NCBI GenBank assembly: GCA_024679065.1
Contig: JAGIQG010000016.1
Coordinates: forward strand, 36,084,001-36,148,000
Length of the DNA stretch: 64,000 nt
Direction: 5' to 3'
Source: Sphyrna mokarran
Taxonomy: Eukaryota
Shown one piece after another: positions 51,472 to 63,883 of this stretch (its first letter is position 1; every line of letters begins with the position of its first letter). The position numbers were made by a program, and so were the translations under genes. The notes beneath the pieces are model-generated. The model saw only the letters and a program-made list of their open reading frames with translations. It did no database searches and was not told the origin of the DNA.

Positions 51472-51590
51472 GTTTAGGTGCATTGGCCATGCTAAACCCT
51501 CCCGCAGTGTGCCTAAATAGGTGTCGGAGTAACTTCATTGCCATGTCAATGTAGCTGACTTGTGACATTAAAACATAAATAAACTATAAA
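51472..51590 (+). mobile_element. 5'-truncated HE1-like SINE, tail B
   Basis: ttaggtgcattggccatgctaaa...taacttcattgc...acttgtgacatt...taaataaact. Confidence 0.75.
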
Positions 51591-52589
51591 GAATATCTGT
51601 GTTCGTGAAAGCAGCATATCACAATAGTGCAGATAGTATCTTATTAAGGATATTGTCCTTTAAGATATATTGGTGTTTCTGGACTACAAGAGGAATAAAC
51701 TATAATGATTCATATGAATCATGATACTGTGCATCTTACTCAATGTTGTCAAAAATATGCAGGGAATTGTTGGAAATAAGAAAACAGTAATTTTACTGCC
51801 CACGAGATTGATATTTCACTGCATGAGAATCAAAAACAATAATTTGTATTTTTCAATGTAATTCTTAACTCTTTAACACAACATAATCCTTTGCTTCAGC
51901 AAACTTTAGACAATTAACATAGACTGCCATTTGTGCTATTGCCATCAGTTTTTGTTAAAGAACAAAATGTCGCCAAGCTATTTTTTTGAGTTATATATCT
52001 TCAGTTAATTAGCGGTTTGAGCAAAAGCTCTCCAGTATTTAAAGGGAGCTTCCACTGGCAAGTTCTCATGGGCTGAGTGTCTGCCTTCTGAGAGTTTCAA
52101 AGATTTAGACCAGTCAATTGAAATCCAAAAAAATGCAGGGATCACTTTGCAAAAATTCTCAATGGAGCTTATGTGGCACCTTCCAAAATGCAAAAACTTT
52201 GATAATGGGCAAATTGAAAATACCAATTTGTTGGAATACACTGTTCTTATATGAAGAATAGCTTAATTTGGAAATACATTTTTAATAGTATTTTGCTTAC
52301 TTCTGTTTTTTTCTGTTGAGCAGTGTGTTCTGATGTGATAATCAAGATAATTGTTTAAGAGTTTGGAGACCAGTGGAACTGAATTAGCATGTACAATTAA
52401 AACCGAAGCACCTCTGGGGTTAGTGTCTTTATCTCAGCTGATAATTCAACTCCTTTCTATTACTGGGCTTGGATTGTTCCTTCAAATCAATTGTTTCAAC
52501 GATGTTTCCAATGGCCACTATTCAACCAAATGTATCTAGTTCTTTCCAAGAGACTGACAAATTAGTATAAAGATCCCTCCTTGTAGTAC

Positions 52590-53176
52590 AGAACTGGAGC
52601 ATTTCTGACAGTGATGTAGAAGCTTTTCATCTTACACTCATCAGGACAAATGCAAGAATGCCAAATTTCAAACGATTGCAGCAATTTAAACCGTAGCAGA
52701 AAAGGATTCTGACTGGTTGGCAAAATCAACTCTGGTTGAGGTGTTGCTGTGGAAAAAATAATGGGGAACTATAAGCTTTGAAAGTTCCCAAATAATTCCA
52801 ACAAAGACAGAGAGCTTTGACATATTCCTTTGTTTTATGGCCGCATATTGCTTCTAGCAAGCATAAATGATTCACATTATGAGCTCAACTGACCAGTTTA
52901 AGTTAATTATTAGTGTATCTACTAGCACTCTCAGGACTGTTCAGCACATACTGCCCAATCATGGAATCACATCTAACAATAATATTTTATTTTGGGTTTT
53001 GCAAGCGTGCACTGGTTGAGTTTGGTCTGTATCTGCCTATTATGAATATGTAACTGTTTGTAACTGTTGAATTGTGAATGTGTGCTTGTTATGGTGACAG
53101 GTACATAGGCTATATGTCCCAATGATTGACTGATCAAATCAAACAGCACGATCCTTCGGCTGTTCATAGGCAGATG
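52590..53176 (-). mobile_element. Penelope-like retroelement remnant (GIY-YIG C-terminus, 3' region with hammerhead-like motif, inverted 5' piece)
   Basis: Minus strand: RCDSMIGQYVLNSPESASRYTNN*LKLVS*AHNVNHLCLLEAI. Plus strand 53102-53175: YIGYMSQ*LTDQIKQHDPSAV. Confidence 0.8.
52615..52648 (-). ncRNA. degenerate minimal type I hammerhead ribozyme motif
   Basis: Minus strand reads uguc CUGAUGA gu-guaag-au GAAA agcu UC uaca: intact core, palindromic AAGCUU stem III, stem I with one mismatch. Confidence 0.55.
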
Positions 53177-54774
53177 AATCACATCTATACCCTAATATCT
53201 AATACTTAGCCAGCCCTGCAATTAGTTCTAAAACTTTCACAACCGTGCAACTTCATGTGCATCAGGACAAGCAATGTTTGTAGTAATAAAATATGTATAG
53301 ATGCTTTGAGAATTAAAGAACATTCAGTCCACTCCCATTGCCCATTCTGTTCTGTATAATGGTGCAGGAGTGACTAAGATGCTGTGGATCAGGTCCCTAT
53401 TCAACACTAGCCTCTGCGTTAATGAACTTTGCTAATTACAGCAGACAGTTTTCCTTTAATTGTGCAATCTTTGCCGTGGAGGTTACATCAATTTAGTGAT
53501 CATTACGACAGATTGAATTTAGTCTAAGACTAACTGGATCTTTCTGAAAGAGACTGATCCAACTAAGATCCAGCCTAATCCTTCTAGATTTTGGTCCGTA
53601 GACCATGTATGTTTTGGCAAGTGTACATCCAAGTATTTTGTTATATGCAGTTAGAGTTTATATTTCTATCACCTTTCAGGCAGTGAATATTGATCTCCAG
53701 CACCCACTGGATGAATGTATTTCTTCCCTTACTGAAGCAGATTCTGGAACTGGTTGTAGAGAGTTCATGGGCAGAAAAAGGATTATAAATGGTCCAACAG
53801 GGCAGAGCTTGTACCTCAAGGTTCTTTGATACAGTCCTGAAGGCTGTGGGGAGATGGCTAGGAGGTTGGAGGCTCTCTTTCTTTAGCAGCCCGGAAGCCC
53901 TCCAAGAATATTGGTAGTGTTCTATTCGCATCTCTGCCATAAACAGCAGGCAACATACACATACACACTGCTACTACTTAGGTGGAGGAAATACCAGGAG
54001 AATTTATTGCTCACTGGTAATGTCAACTCCTATGCAACAGCCCAAGGGAAATGTTAACTGTATGCAGCCATAATTATGGTCTGACCAGAACTTGTGAAAT
54101 ACAACACTAAGGCCTTTTCGATGTGCCTGTCTACTTCACCATCTTTAACCAATGCTACAAGCCACCAAATACTTACTTCAACTCAAACAGAGCAAATAGA
54201 AATAAATCAGCAACTAGCCTCTTGAATTTAAGTAATGCAGGCTCAAGGTCCTTTACACTGCTGAAGCCATATTCAACTGTGTGTATTATGTATATATTTC
54301 ATTTTAGAATTTAGACTTGCAGGTAAATAGTAATAAAAATGGGAAAACCAAATATAGTGAATCAAGTTTTGTTTGTGATGTGATATCACCACAAAGCAGT
54401 ATTGCTTCTGGCACTGTCATGAGTTTGATTACAGGGCCATTTTAATTAGGTAGTGCATATCTTTTCAAGGCTGCTGGTATAGTTGCTAGGGGAATGCTTG
54501 GTGTTCAGTACAGGACTTTCTCTGGCATGTGGGTGAAGAGAAGACAGCTGTTGGAGCTTGTACAGTATTGTGACCATATATAAAACAGAAATAATTCTAT
54601 GAAACCCATACCTCCTGGGCATCATCCAATCAGCTAAGCTATGTAGTCGTGATTTATTTGTGCAGGATGGGGGGTGGGGAGGTGTTTGGGGGGGAAGGAA
54701 CATGGTGTTGCTAAAGTCTTGGGCCAGATCTTCCACTGTTGTTGATGTTAATGTTGAGCTATTTGCCATTGTTA

Positions 54775-55940
54775 CATTTCTGGATCCAGTGAACTTTAGC
54801 AAGGACTTTGACAAGGTACCACACGGTAAGTAGTTGCATAAGGTTAAATCTCATGGGATCCAGGATGATGTATCCAAATGGATACAAAATTGGCTTCTTG
54901 ACAGATGACAGAAAAACATGTTTCTTCAAACTGGAGGTCTCTGACCAGCGTGCCTCAGGGATCATGCTAGGTCCACTGTTGTTTGTCATTTATATTAATG
55001 ATTTGGATGAGAATACAGGAGGCATCGTTGATAAGTATGCAGATGACACCAAGATTGGTAGCATAGCAGACAGTGAAGAAAATAATTTTCAATTACAATG
55101 GGATCTTGATCAATTGGGCCAGTGAGCTAATGAATGGCAGGTGGAGTTTAATTTAGACACATGCAAGGTGATGCATTTTGGTAGATTGAACCAGAATAAG
55201 ACTTACTTAATTAATAGTAGTATTGGGGAGAGTTCGAGAACAAAGACATTGAGGGGTACATGTTCATAACTCCTTGAATTTGGAATCACAGGTGAACAGA
55301 GTGATGAAGAAGGCATTTGGCATGCTTGATTTCATTGGTCAGAGCATTGAATACAGGAGGTGGGACGTCTTGTTAAAGTTGTACAAGACATTAGACTTGA
55401 AATATTGTGTACAGTTTTAGTCACCCTATTATAAATAGGGTATTATTAAACTAGAAAGAATGCAGAAAAAATTTACCAGGATGCTGCCGGGACTTGATGG
55501 TTTGAGTTATGAGGAGAGACTGGATAGACTGCGACTCTTTTCTCTGGAGCGTAGGAGGCTGAGGAGTGACCTTATAGAGATCTATAAAATAATGAGGGGC
55601 ATAGATAAGGTAGATAGTCGCTATCTCCCCCCAAAGGTAGGGCAGTCTAAAACTAGAGGCTGTAGATTTAAGGCGAGAGGGGAGAGATACAAAAGTGTCC
55701 AGAGGGGCAGTTTTTTCACAGAGTGGTGAGTGTCTGGAACAAGCTGGTAGAGGTAGTAGTAGAGGCAGGTATAATATTGTGTTTTAGAAAGCATTTAGAT
55801 AGGTATAGAGGGATATGGGCCAAATGCGGGCAAGTGGGATTAGCTTAAGAGTTTTAAAAAAAAGGGTGGCATGGACAAGTTGGGCCAAAGACCCTATTTC
55901 CATGCCGTAAACGTCAATGACTCTATGACTATGACTCTAA
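54775..55940 (+). mobile_element. CR1 LINE, RT domain to 3' end
   Basis: FSKDFDKVPH, LGPLLFVIYINDLDE...KYADDTKIG, YEERLDRLRLFSLERRRLRSDLIEIYKIM; tail tgactctatgactatgactcta. Confidence 0.95.
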
Positions 55941-58719
55941 TACAAATTCTGATATGCCCACTAATGTAATTATCCAGGAAGTTTAAAGATAAATTTCTGC
56001 TATCTGGGACTTCGTGACAATATCTCTTATGATCTCCGTATCAGAGACTTGGGCTAAAAATGCTGAAACTCATTCTAGAATTTTTACACCGTTTAATTTC
56101 TGTTGCAACTTTCTTGTTGCTGCTTAACATCTGCCAGCTCCAATTGTTCCTCCTCGATTGCAATGAATGCACTAGAGCTGATGCTTGAGAGGTCTGAACA
56201 CATGATAGATTTTCATATACAATGCCAACTTCCACTTCACTCTTATTAGGAGGGGCTTCAACTAGGAAAGGCGTTAGTGGTGGGTAAAGTTCTATGCATA
56301 GTAACAAGGCAACAAGCCAGTCAGAGCTATTGGCCTAATACTGAGTGAACAAGCTTGAAGGCTACGCATGCAAGAACAGTTTAAAAGAATATTTAACTTG
56401 CATTGGCACCTAAGCATGAAGCTGTCTCATCAACACCTTCTTCAGCTTTTGCTTTGATGTGATTTATAGAACTGCTCATACAAGCAGCACAAGTTGTTTG
56501 GGAGGTCACCAGTGCAGACTTTCTCACAGTAGGTTTAGGTTACCACCTCCTTTTAATTAGTATTTAGATTTCAATGCCCTGCATCTTTTGCCAGTCCAGA
56601 GTACAAGGGGTTTTACGTTACAGTCATGGGCAGCAAGAAACCTTTGGAGCTATGAATTTACAGCTTGGTAACATTAGAAAGTATGAGAGGTGAGATCATT
56701 GCTTTCTAACTGACAGTACTAATATAGCACCATGTTCGGGACTCGGTACTTAGTGTATGCACAGTGGAAGCATTTGTTTCATTTGCATTGCCACACTGTA
56801 GTTAACTATGTGTTGGTGTTCTTTCCAAGTCCAGAAAACATCTTTCACATTTGCTCATGCAGTGAGCATTGGAGGCTGCTTTGTATTGACTGTGTTGGTT
56901 ACTTTCCACCTCACTTGCTGTACATTGTTTCAGTTTGCAAGAGTCCTTTTGGGCATCACAAACTGTGAGTTCTTTTATTGAACCAATTGCAACACACCAA
57001 TTGTGTCCTCATTGAATGGGGGAAATTCTGTCATTCAGTCATTGTCTACAGCATAGACATAGATAAAGTTCTATCTATGACATAGATAAAGTTTCTCATA
57101 AAGGTATGAGAAAAAATGAGCAGCGGCCCTTCAAGAACGGATATGCTGTAGATTCCCCACCCACTTGCAACCACGATGCTCCCTGTGTATGTACATTTAT
57201 AAACATACAGGGAGGATGTTATAATTATGATAATCTAACCTTGCTGAATCTGAATTGAGTGTAACGTACTGCTGTTTTCCCTGGAGTTCCCTTTACCAAA
57301 TACAAACAGAAATCACATGACAAATAATGCATCCTTGAGAGTGAGCAATTAATTATCTCACTGAGGAGCTTCAAATGTTAGAGTTGCCTGCAAATCTCGC
57401 TCACTTGCACAAGATACAAAGTTACGCCTTTTCTGGGTTGAGCAAATTGATCTCACTTTAAAAACTAAACATGAAAAATGTAAGGAGTTTCAAAAGTGCC
57501 AAATTAAATCATTATTGATGAAGCTTTGTTATAAATCTGGTTGAAATCACCTACAAGATCCAAGTGTTAGATTTTGACAGTTAGTTTATCTCACTACCAC
57601 AGACTTGTTGGCTACAAGCACCACCTGCTGCAAGCAACTATTCAGTACTTTGCTTCAAATTCACAAAATCTATAGAATTGGCACAGTGCAGTAGAGGGCC
57701 ATTCTGCCCAATGTATCTGCACTAGCTCTTCGTATCAGCATTTCACTTAGTGCCATTCTCCTGCCTTCTCCCCGTAACCCTGCTTATTCACCCCTTTATG
57801 TAGCAGTCTAATTCCTTTTTGAATGCCTCAACTGACACACACTTTAGGCACATTCCAGTTCCTAACCATCCACTGAGTGATTTTTTTTTCTTTTTCATGT
57901 CGCTTACGCTCCTTTTGCTAATTACTTTAAATTTATGTCCTCTCACCTCTTGATCCTTTCTAAGTGGAAACAATTCAACTGTCTTTGCTCTGGCCAGCAC
58001 CTTCATGATTTTGAATACCTCTATCAAATCTCCTTTCAACCTTCTTCAAGGAAAACAATCACGACTTATCCAGTCTGCCTTCATATTTGAAGTTCTTCAT
58101 CCCTAGAACTGTTTTTGTAAATCTTTTCTGTACTTTTCAGTGTCTTCGCATCCTTCTCAAAGTGTGGCACCCATAATAGATGTAGTATTCCAGCTGAGGC
58201 TGAACTAGTGTCCTATACAAGTTGAACATAATATGCTTACTCTTGTACTCTCTGTCAGTAAAGCCTAAGATACTGTCTGATTTAGTGACTGCCCTGTAAA
58301 CCTATCCTGCCACCTTCAATGATGTTTGTGTCAATATATACACTCATGTCCCTCCTGCTCCTGCACCTTCAGGTTGGTTCTTTCTACATTTCCCCACATT
58401 AAGCTCCAATTGCCAATTGTCCGTCCATTCCATCAACTTGTCTGTGTTCTTCTGAAGTTCTACACTATCTTCAAACCATTTACAATGCTCCTGAGTTATG
58501 TATCATCCACAAATTTTTAAGTTATGCCCTCACACCAAAATCGATGTTACAAACATATATAAGGAAAAGTAAAAGGGTCCAACACTGACTCCTGAGAATC
58601 TTCATTACAGATCTTCCTCCTTGTTGCTACTGCTCCTTTTATTCCATGATTTGCATGTTTGTTGTGTGGCATTGTATCAAATGTCTTTTCGAACTCCATG
58701 TAAACCACATCAAAAGCAT

Positions 58720-59037
58720 TCATAGAATCATAGAATCTGTGCAGAAGGAAATCATTTGGCCCATTGAGTCAGCATCGACCACTATCTCACCTGAGCCCTA
58801 CTCCCCTGATCCCTCATATTTACCCTGCAAATCCCCCTGAAACTAGGTTGATTTTAGCATGGCCAATCAACCTAACCTGCACATTTTTGGACTGTGGGAG
58901 GAAACCAGAGCACCTGGAGGAAATCCGCACAGACATAGGGAAAATGTGCAAACTCCACACAGTGACCCAAGGCCAGAATCGAACCTTGGTCCCTGGTGCT
59001 GTGAGACAGCAGTGCTCATCGCTATGCCACAGTGCCG
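58720..59037 (-). mobile_element. HE1-like V-SINE tail A nested in CR1
   Basis: catagaatcatagaatc tail; tttggactgtgggaggaaaccagagcacc; gaatcgaacc B box. Confidence 0.92.
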
Positions 59038-60020
59038 ATCTGTGAGCGTTTTCTCATCAGCCGTTTTGGTTATCTTATTAAAACACACCAAGTTAGTTAA
59101 AGACTTGCCTTAAGAAATCTGTGCTAGGTTTCCTGATCTAACCCACATGTGTCCAAGTGACTGTTAATTTTGTCCCAAATTATTGTTTCGCAGAAGTTTC
59201 CCCCTGTTAAACTGACTGGCATATATTTGCTGGGCTTATCTTTACACCCTGTTTTGAACAAGGGTGTAATGTTTGTAATTCTCCCGTATCTGGCACCACC
59301 CCTGAGTCCAAGGAAGACTGAAGAATTATTGCCAGTGCTTCTGAATTTTCAGTCTCATTTTCTGCCTTATCCTTGGGATGCATCTCATCTGTTCGTGGTC
59401 CCTTAAGTATGGATAGCCTATCCAATACTACCACTTTATCAATCCTAGCATTTGACTAAACCTTCAACCTCTTTCAACCTGGCCTATGTAGAATATTCTT
59501 CCTTGTAAAGACAGATTAAAAGTATTCATTTTATTACCTCAACTATGCTCTATGCCTCCATCTGTAAGTTTTCTTTATTGTTCCTAATCAGCCCTATTCC
59601 GTTTTCCCACTTATATGACTATAAAGGATTTTGGGATTCCCTTTTATGTTAGCTGTTGGTCCCTTTTCATATCTTTGTTCTCTTACCTACTTTTTTTGCT
59701 TCTCCTCTGTACATTCTACATTCAGCCTGGTTCACAAGTGTATTTTCTACATGACATCTGTCTTGAGCACATTTTTTTCTTCTTAATCACTGTTTTGTCT
59801 TCCAGGTACCTCTGGATTTGTTTGCCTTCTCTTTCCCTTTTGAGGGAAGATACCATGATTGTGCTCAAACTATCTCTTCTTTCAAGGTAGCCCATTGTTC
59901 AGCTATCATTTTTCATGCCAATCTTTGATTCTGATTTACTCATCCCAGATCTTAACTCCATTATAATTGGCTTTCCCCTAACTGATATATTCTTACTCTG
60001 AATTGCTCTTTGTCGTTTTC

Positions 60021-60147
60021 CATAAAACATAGAACAGTACAGCACAGGAACAGGCCCTTCAGCCCATGGTGTTGTGCCAAACATGACACCAAATTAAACT
60101 AATCTCTTCTGCCTGACCTTGGTCCATATCCCTTCATTCCTTGCATA
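60021..60147 (-). mobile_element. short CR1 3' end nested in older CR1
   Basis: Same subfamily as 5838-5960 (ccaaattaaactaatc..ttctgcctg..cttggtccatat); bounded by cata at both ends. Confidence 0.8.
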
Positions 60148-61260
60148 GCTGGCCTAAACCTTTGGATACACTGATCACTTCAAAGTTTCCGTCCTTTACA
60201 AATTTTCTCCTTCAGGACATTCCACAGTAGATGCACCATCCTCTGCGCTGATGGATTTACATTTAATTTCTTGTAATATTGTAATCCCTCCTATATGGAC
60301 TGACAGACACTGATTTGACTACAACATGAGAGTTATAGTGTTAACTGATTTTGGTTGGGAGAGTGTTTTTGTTCAAGTTCTCTGCAATCTAAGTGATTTC
60401 CTGCTGCTTTGACTTGGGTTGGCACTTTTATGCTGTAAAGTACAGTTGCAAGTTGTAATCATAATACAAAATTTGTGACTTCATTCAATCATATTTGTGA
60501 CCAAAACATTATTTTAGAGCACCCGTACACTTACGCTTAACCAACCAAATTGTAACAGACTGTCAACACTTATTTCCCCAATGTGAATGTCTTTTTAAGA
60601 TGTCCTCCCACATTGTAATATGACGATGAGGTGTTGTCATTACTGCATTATAGAAGCAGGTAACTCTGTGAAAATATCATAACACTTTGAAAATACCAGG
60701 AGAAAAATGAATGTCATCAGGCATCAAACCAGCATTAAAGGCTATTTGATTGAAAATGTCTTCTGACATTAGGAAATTGATTTTTTCCAAGTAAAAATAA
60801 ATAGTAAAATGGGCTGAATTTACGATTTCACACCAGTTCTGTTTTGGAAAGTATGCACTGCTTATTAGGTGCAAACTATTTACATTAGTGTTACTTGCTA
60901 ACTTGTCAAGGGTCCCCAGTCTCAAGTGGCAGATTGTAGGAAGGCTACATACACTACAGATCAGCATATAGTAAGGAGTGATGGGATGTGGGCTTGTGAC
61001 TGTTATTTCCCCCATGTACTGACATACTTTTCTTTTGAAGAGGAGTTCGAGGTGCATAAAAGTAGGACAAACGAGACGTGGATTAACTAAGATAGCCTTT
61101 CACTGCAACTCAAGTCCCAGGCCATACCCAAGTCATCCACAGCCCCAATTTACAAACTTCTGCACTGGCTACACCATGCAATGGATTTGTTTTAACAACA
61201 CACAGACAATACAATACTGTTCCTTGCTAAATTTTCACCTTTTGTGATTGAGAGGACAAG

Positions 61261-61347
61261 CTTCAGATAGCCAGTTAGTAAATTAGAATGGTTTACTTAA
61301 TAGAAACAAATGTTGTTCTCAGCAATTAGAATTATTCAAGTGTCAGC
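61261..61347 (+). repeat. 87-bp direct repeat, copy 1
   Basis: 6 substitutions versus 63212-63298. Confidence 0.92.
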
Positions 61348-62965
61348 ATTTAATACAATCATAACTGATCACATACTGGCCTCAACTCTACTTTCCTGCA
61401 TATTCACCATAACCCTTCAAATGCTTACTAATTAAAAGTCTGTTAATGTTCTCCTTAGATTTTCTCCAAGTCCCAGCATCCTTCTGGGATAGTGAATTCC
61501 ACAGATTCACAACTCTCTGAGTCAAGTAATTTCTCCTCATCTCTGTTTTAAATCTGCCACTCCAGATCCTAAAATCTCTTGTTCTAAATTGTCTTACCAG
61601 AAGAAACAACCTCTCCATGTCTTTTTATTATCCTTTACATATCAATTTGATTTCTCATTTTTCTAACTTTTGGAAGTGTAGGCCTAAATTGCCCAATCTC
61701 TCTTTGTACGTTGAACCCCTTATCTCTGGAATCAATCTAGTGAACCTCCTCTGAATTGCTTCTAATGCAACTCCATCCCTCCTCAAGTAAGAGGACCAAA
61801 ACTGTACACTATATTCTAAGTGTGGTCTCACTAATGCTTTGTACAGTTGCAGCAACTCTTCACTACTTTTATATTCTATTCCTTTAGCAATAAATTCCAA
61901 TATTCCATTTGCCTTCCTAATTAACTGTATGCTAGTTTTCTGCAATTCATGCACAAGGACACCCAGATTCCTCGGTACTGAAGCACTCTGCTTCAGTACT
62001 TTCTCCATTTAGATAATATTTTGCCTTTGTATTTTTCCTATCGAAATGGATAACTTCACACTTATCCACCTTAAACTCCATCTGCCAAATTTTGTCCCAT
62101 TCACTTAACCTGTCCATATCCATTTGTAAATTTCTTATTTCATTACCGCACCTTACTACTCACCTGATTTAGTGTAGTCTGCAAGTTTTGCTATAGTGCT
62201 TTCTATCCCTGTCCCCAAGTCATTGATGCAGATTTTAAATAGCTGGGGCCTGAAGACTGAACCCTCTGGCACCCCACTAGTTACACCTTTCCAACCAAAA
62301 AATGATGCATTTATCCCAACTCACTGTTTTCTGTTGGTTAGCCAATCCTCTATCCAAACTAATAAATTATCTCCAATCCCATATGAACTAATCTTGCATA
62401 TTAACCTTTTGTGTGGTACTTTATCAAAAGCCTTTTAGAAGTCCAGATGTATTGCATTTACAGGATCCCCATTATCAACCTTGCTTGTTACACATCAGGC
62501 AAATTAAATAAAACACAACTTACCCTTCATAAAACCATGCTGGCTCTGATAGATTACATTTTGACTTTCTAATTGTCCTGTCCTTATGTCCTTAATAATG
62601 AATTCTAACAATTTCTCAATAACAAATGTCAAACTAATTGGCCTATAGGTTTCTACGTTTTGCCTCCTACCCTTTTTGAATAATTAGCATTTTTCCAAAC
62701 TATCAGAACCTTTCCCACGTCCAGAGAATTTTGGGATATTGTAACCAATGGATCCACTATCTCTGCTGGCACTTCCTTTAAGATCCTTGGATGTGATCCA
62801 TCAGGCCAAGGGGACTTGCCTGCTTTCAATCCCAATAGATTTTCCCGAGTGGTAATAATTCTATGTTTGTCCCTTCCTATAAACTCTGCATTTTCTGTTA
62901 CTGTTGGTATTAGTGATCTCCCACAGTGAAAACTGAGGCAAAGTATTGGTCTTAGCCATTTCTGC
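61348..62965 (-). mobile_element. CR1 LINE, RT domain to near 3' end
   Basis: Minus-strand ORFs KALVRPHLEYSVQFWSSYLRRDGVALEAIQRRFTRLIP and KSPWPDGSHPRILKEV. Confidence 0.93.
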
Positions 62966-63211
62966 TTGCCTTGATGCCTTAGTACCTTGGTGACCAGGGT
63001 AACCCAATATTTAATGAGGTAGAGAATTACAAAGAGAAGCTATATTAGTCATCATCATGGAAAAGTTTGGCAATATTATGCAGCTTCCAGACATGTTGGC
63101 CCATTTTGTTTTCCTTAAGTTAGAGTGGTGTCACCTTCCATTCTGAATTAATTTGCAATCGTGAAAGTGAGATAGCATGACCCCCTACTAACCTCTGACA
63201 CAATTTCTTTT

Positions 63212-63298
63212 CTTCAGATAGCCAGTTAGTAAATTAGAGTGGTCTGCTTAATAGCAACAAATGTTGTTCCCAGTAATTAGAATTATTCAAGTGTCAGC
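63212..63298 (+). repeat. 87-bp direct repeat, copy 2
   Basis: Matches 61261-61347; last bases overlap the start of the downstream SINE. Confidence 0.92.
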
Positions 63299-63730
63299 CT
63301 TGGTTCAATGATGGCATTCTTGAGTTAGGAGATCAAGGGTTCATAGCCTGATTCCGGATCCTTAAGCATATCACCCAGCAGACCCTTCATTTTTCAGATG
63401 AGACGTTAAACTCAATCCACATCTGCCACCTCAGGTATATGTTGAAGATTAGAAAGCACTCTATGGGGGGAAGAAATAGAAAGGGGATTTTCCTGGTGTT
63501 CTAGTTAATACTTAGCTCTCCATCAACAAACTAAAGGAAAACAGAATATCAGGTAATATTCCTCATGCTATTTGCATGACCTGGTTGTGTGCATATTGGC
63601 TGTTGCGTTTTCTTACATCACTGCGGTGACTACACTTCAAATAATACAAGTACTTCTGGAAAACATTTTGGATTGTAGTGGAGCCATGAAGTTGTTGCAT
63701 AAATGTAGACACTTTTCCCTTTTTCCTTTC
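63292..63730 (+). mobile_element. SacSINE1-like Deu-SINE
   Basis: gtcagccttggttcaatg head; tttcagatgagacgttaaac core; gtgactacacttcaaa...ataaatgtaga tail. Confidence 0.75.
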
Positions 63731-63747
63731 CATCAAACAAGCAATAT

Positions 63748-63883
63748 GGCCGGAAGCTTACCGCTGTTCATGCCGGCTGGATTTTGCCATCTCACCGCAG
63801 TGAGCAGAGATTTGGCCAGTCGCCAAATTTTCTGACTTTGCTGCAGCGGGAGCGTGGTATGAATGGCAGGTAAGATTGTGCCC
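63748..63883. mobile_element. palindromic MITE with 3-bp TSD (putative PIF/Harbinger)
   Basis: TIRs ggccggaagcttacc / ggtaagattgtgccc; TAT on both sides; inner arms agagatttggc / gccaaattttct. Confidence 0.7.

Larger units (their letters stand above)
57660..60180 (-). mobile_element. long decayed CR1 LINE with two nested insertions
   Basis: Minus-strand ORFs KGDLIEVFKIMK and GPRTDEMHP...IILQSSLDSGVVP; reversed 3' end at about 57665. Confidence 0.85.

Noticed and set aside
51705-51722. Perfect 18-bp palindrome atgattcatatgaatcat
   Set aside because: Real but short and AT-rich, with no supporting context
56060-56280. hAT transposase dimerisation-domain remnant (minus strand, AFIAIEEEQLEL)
   Set aside because: Similarity too weak to support by eye; needs an HMM search
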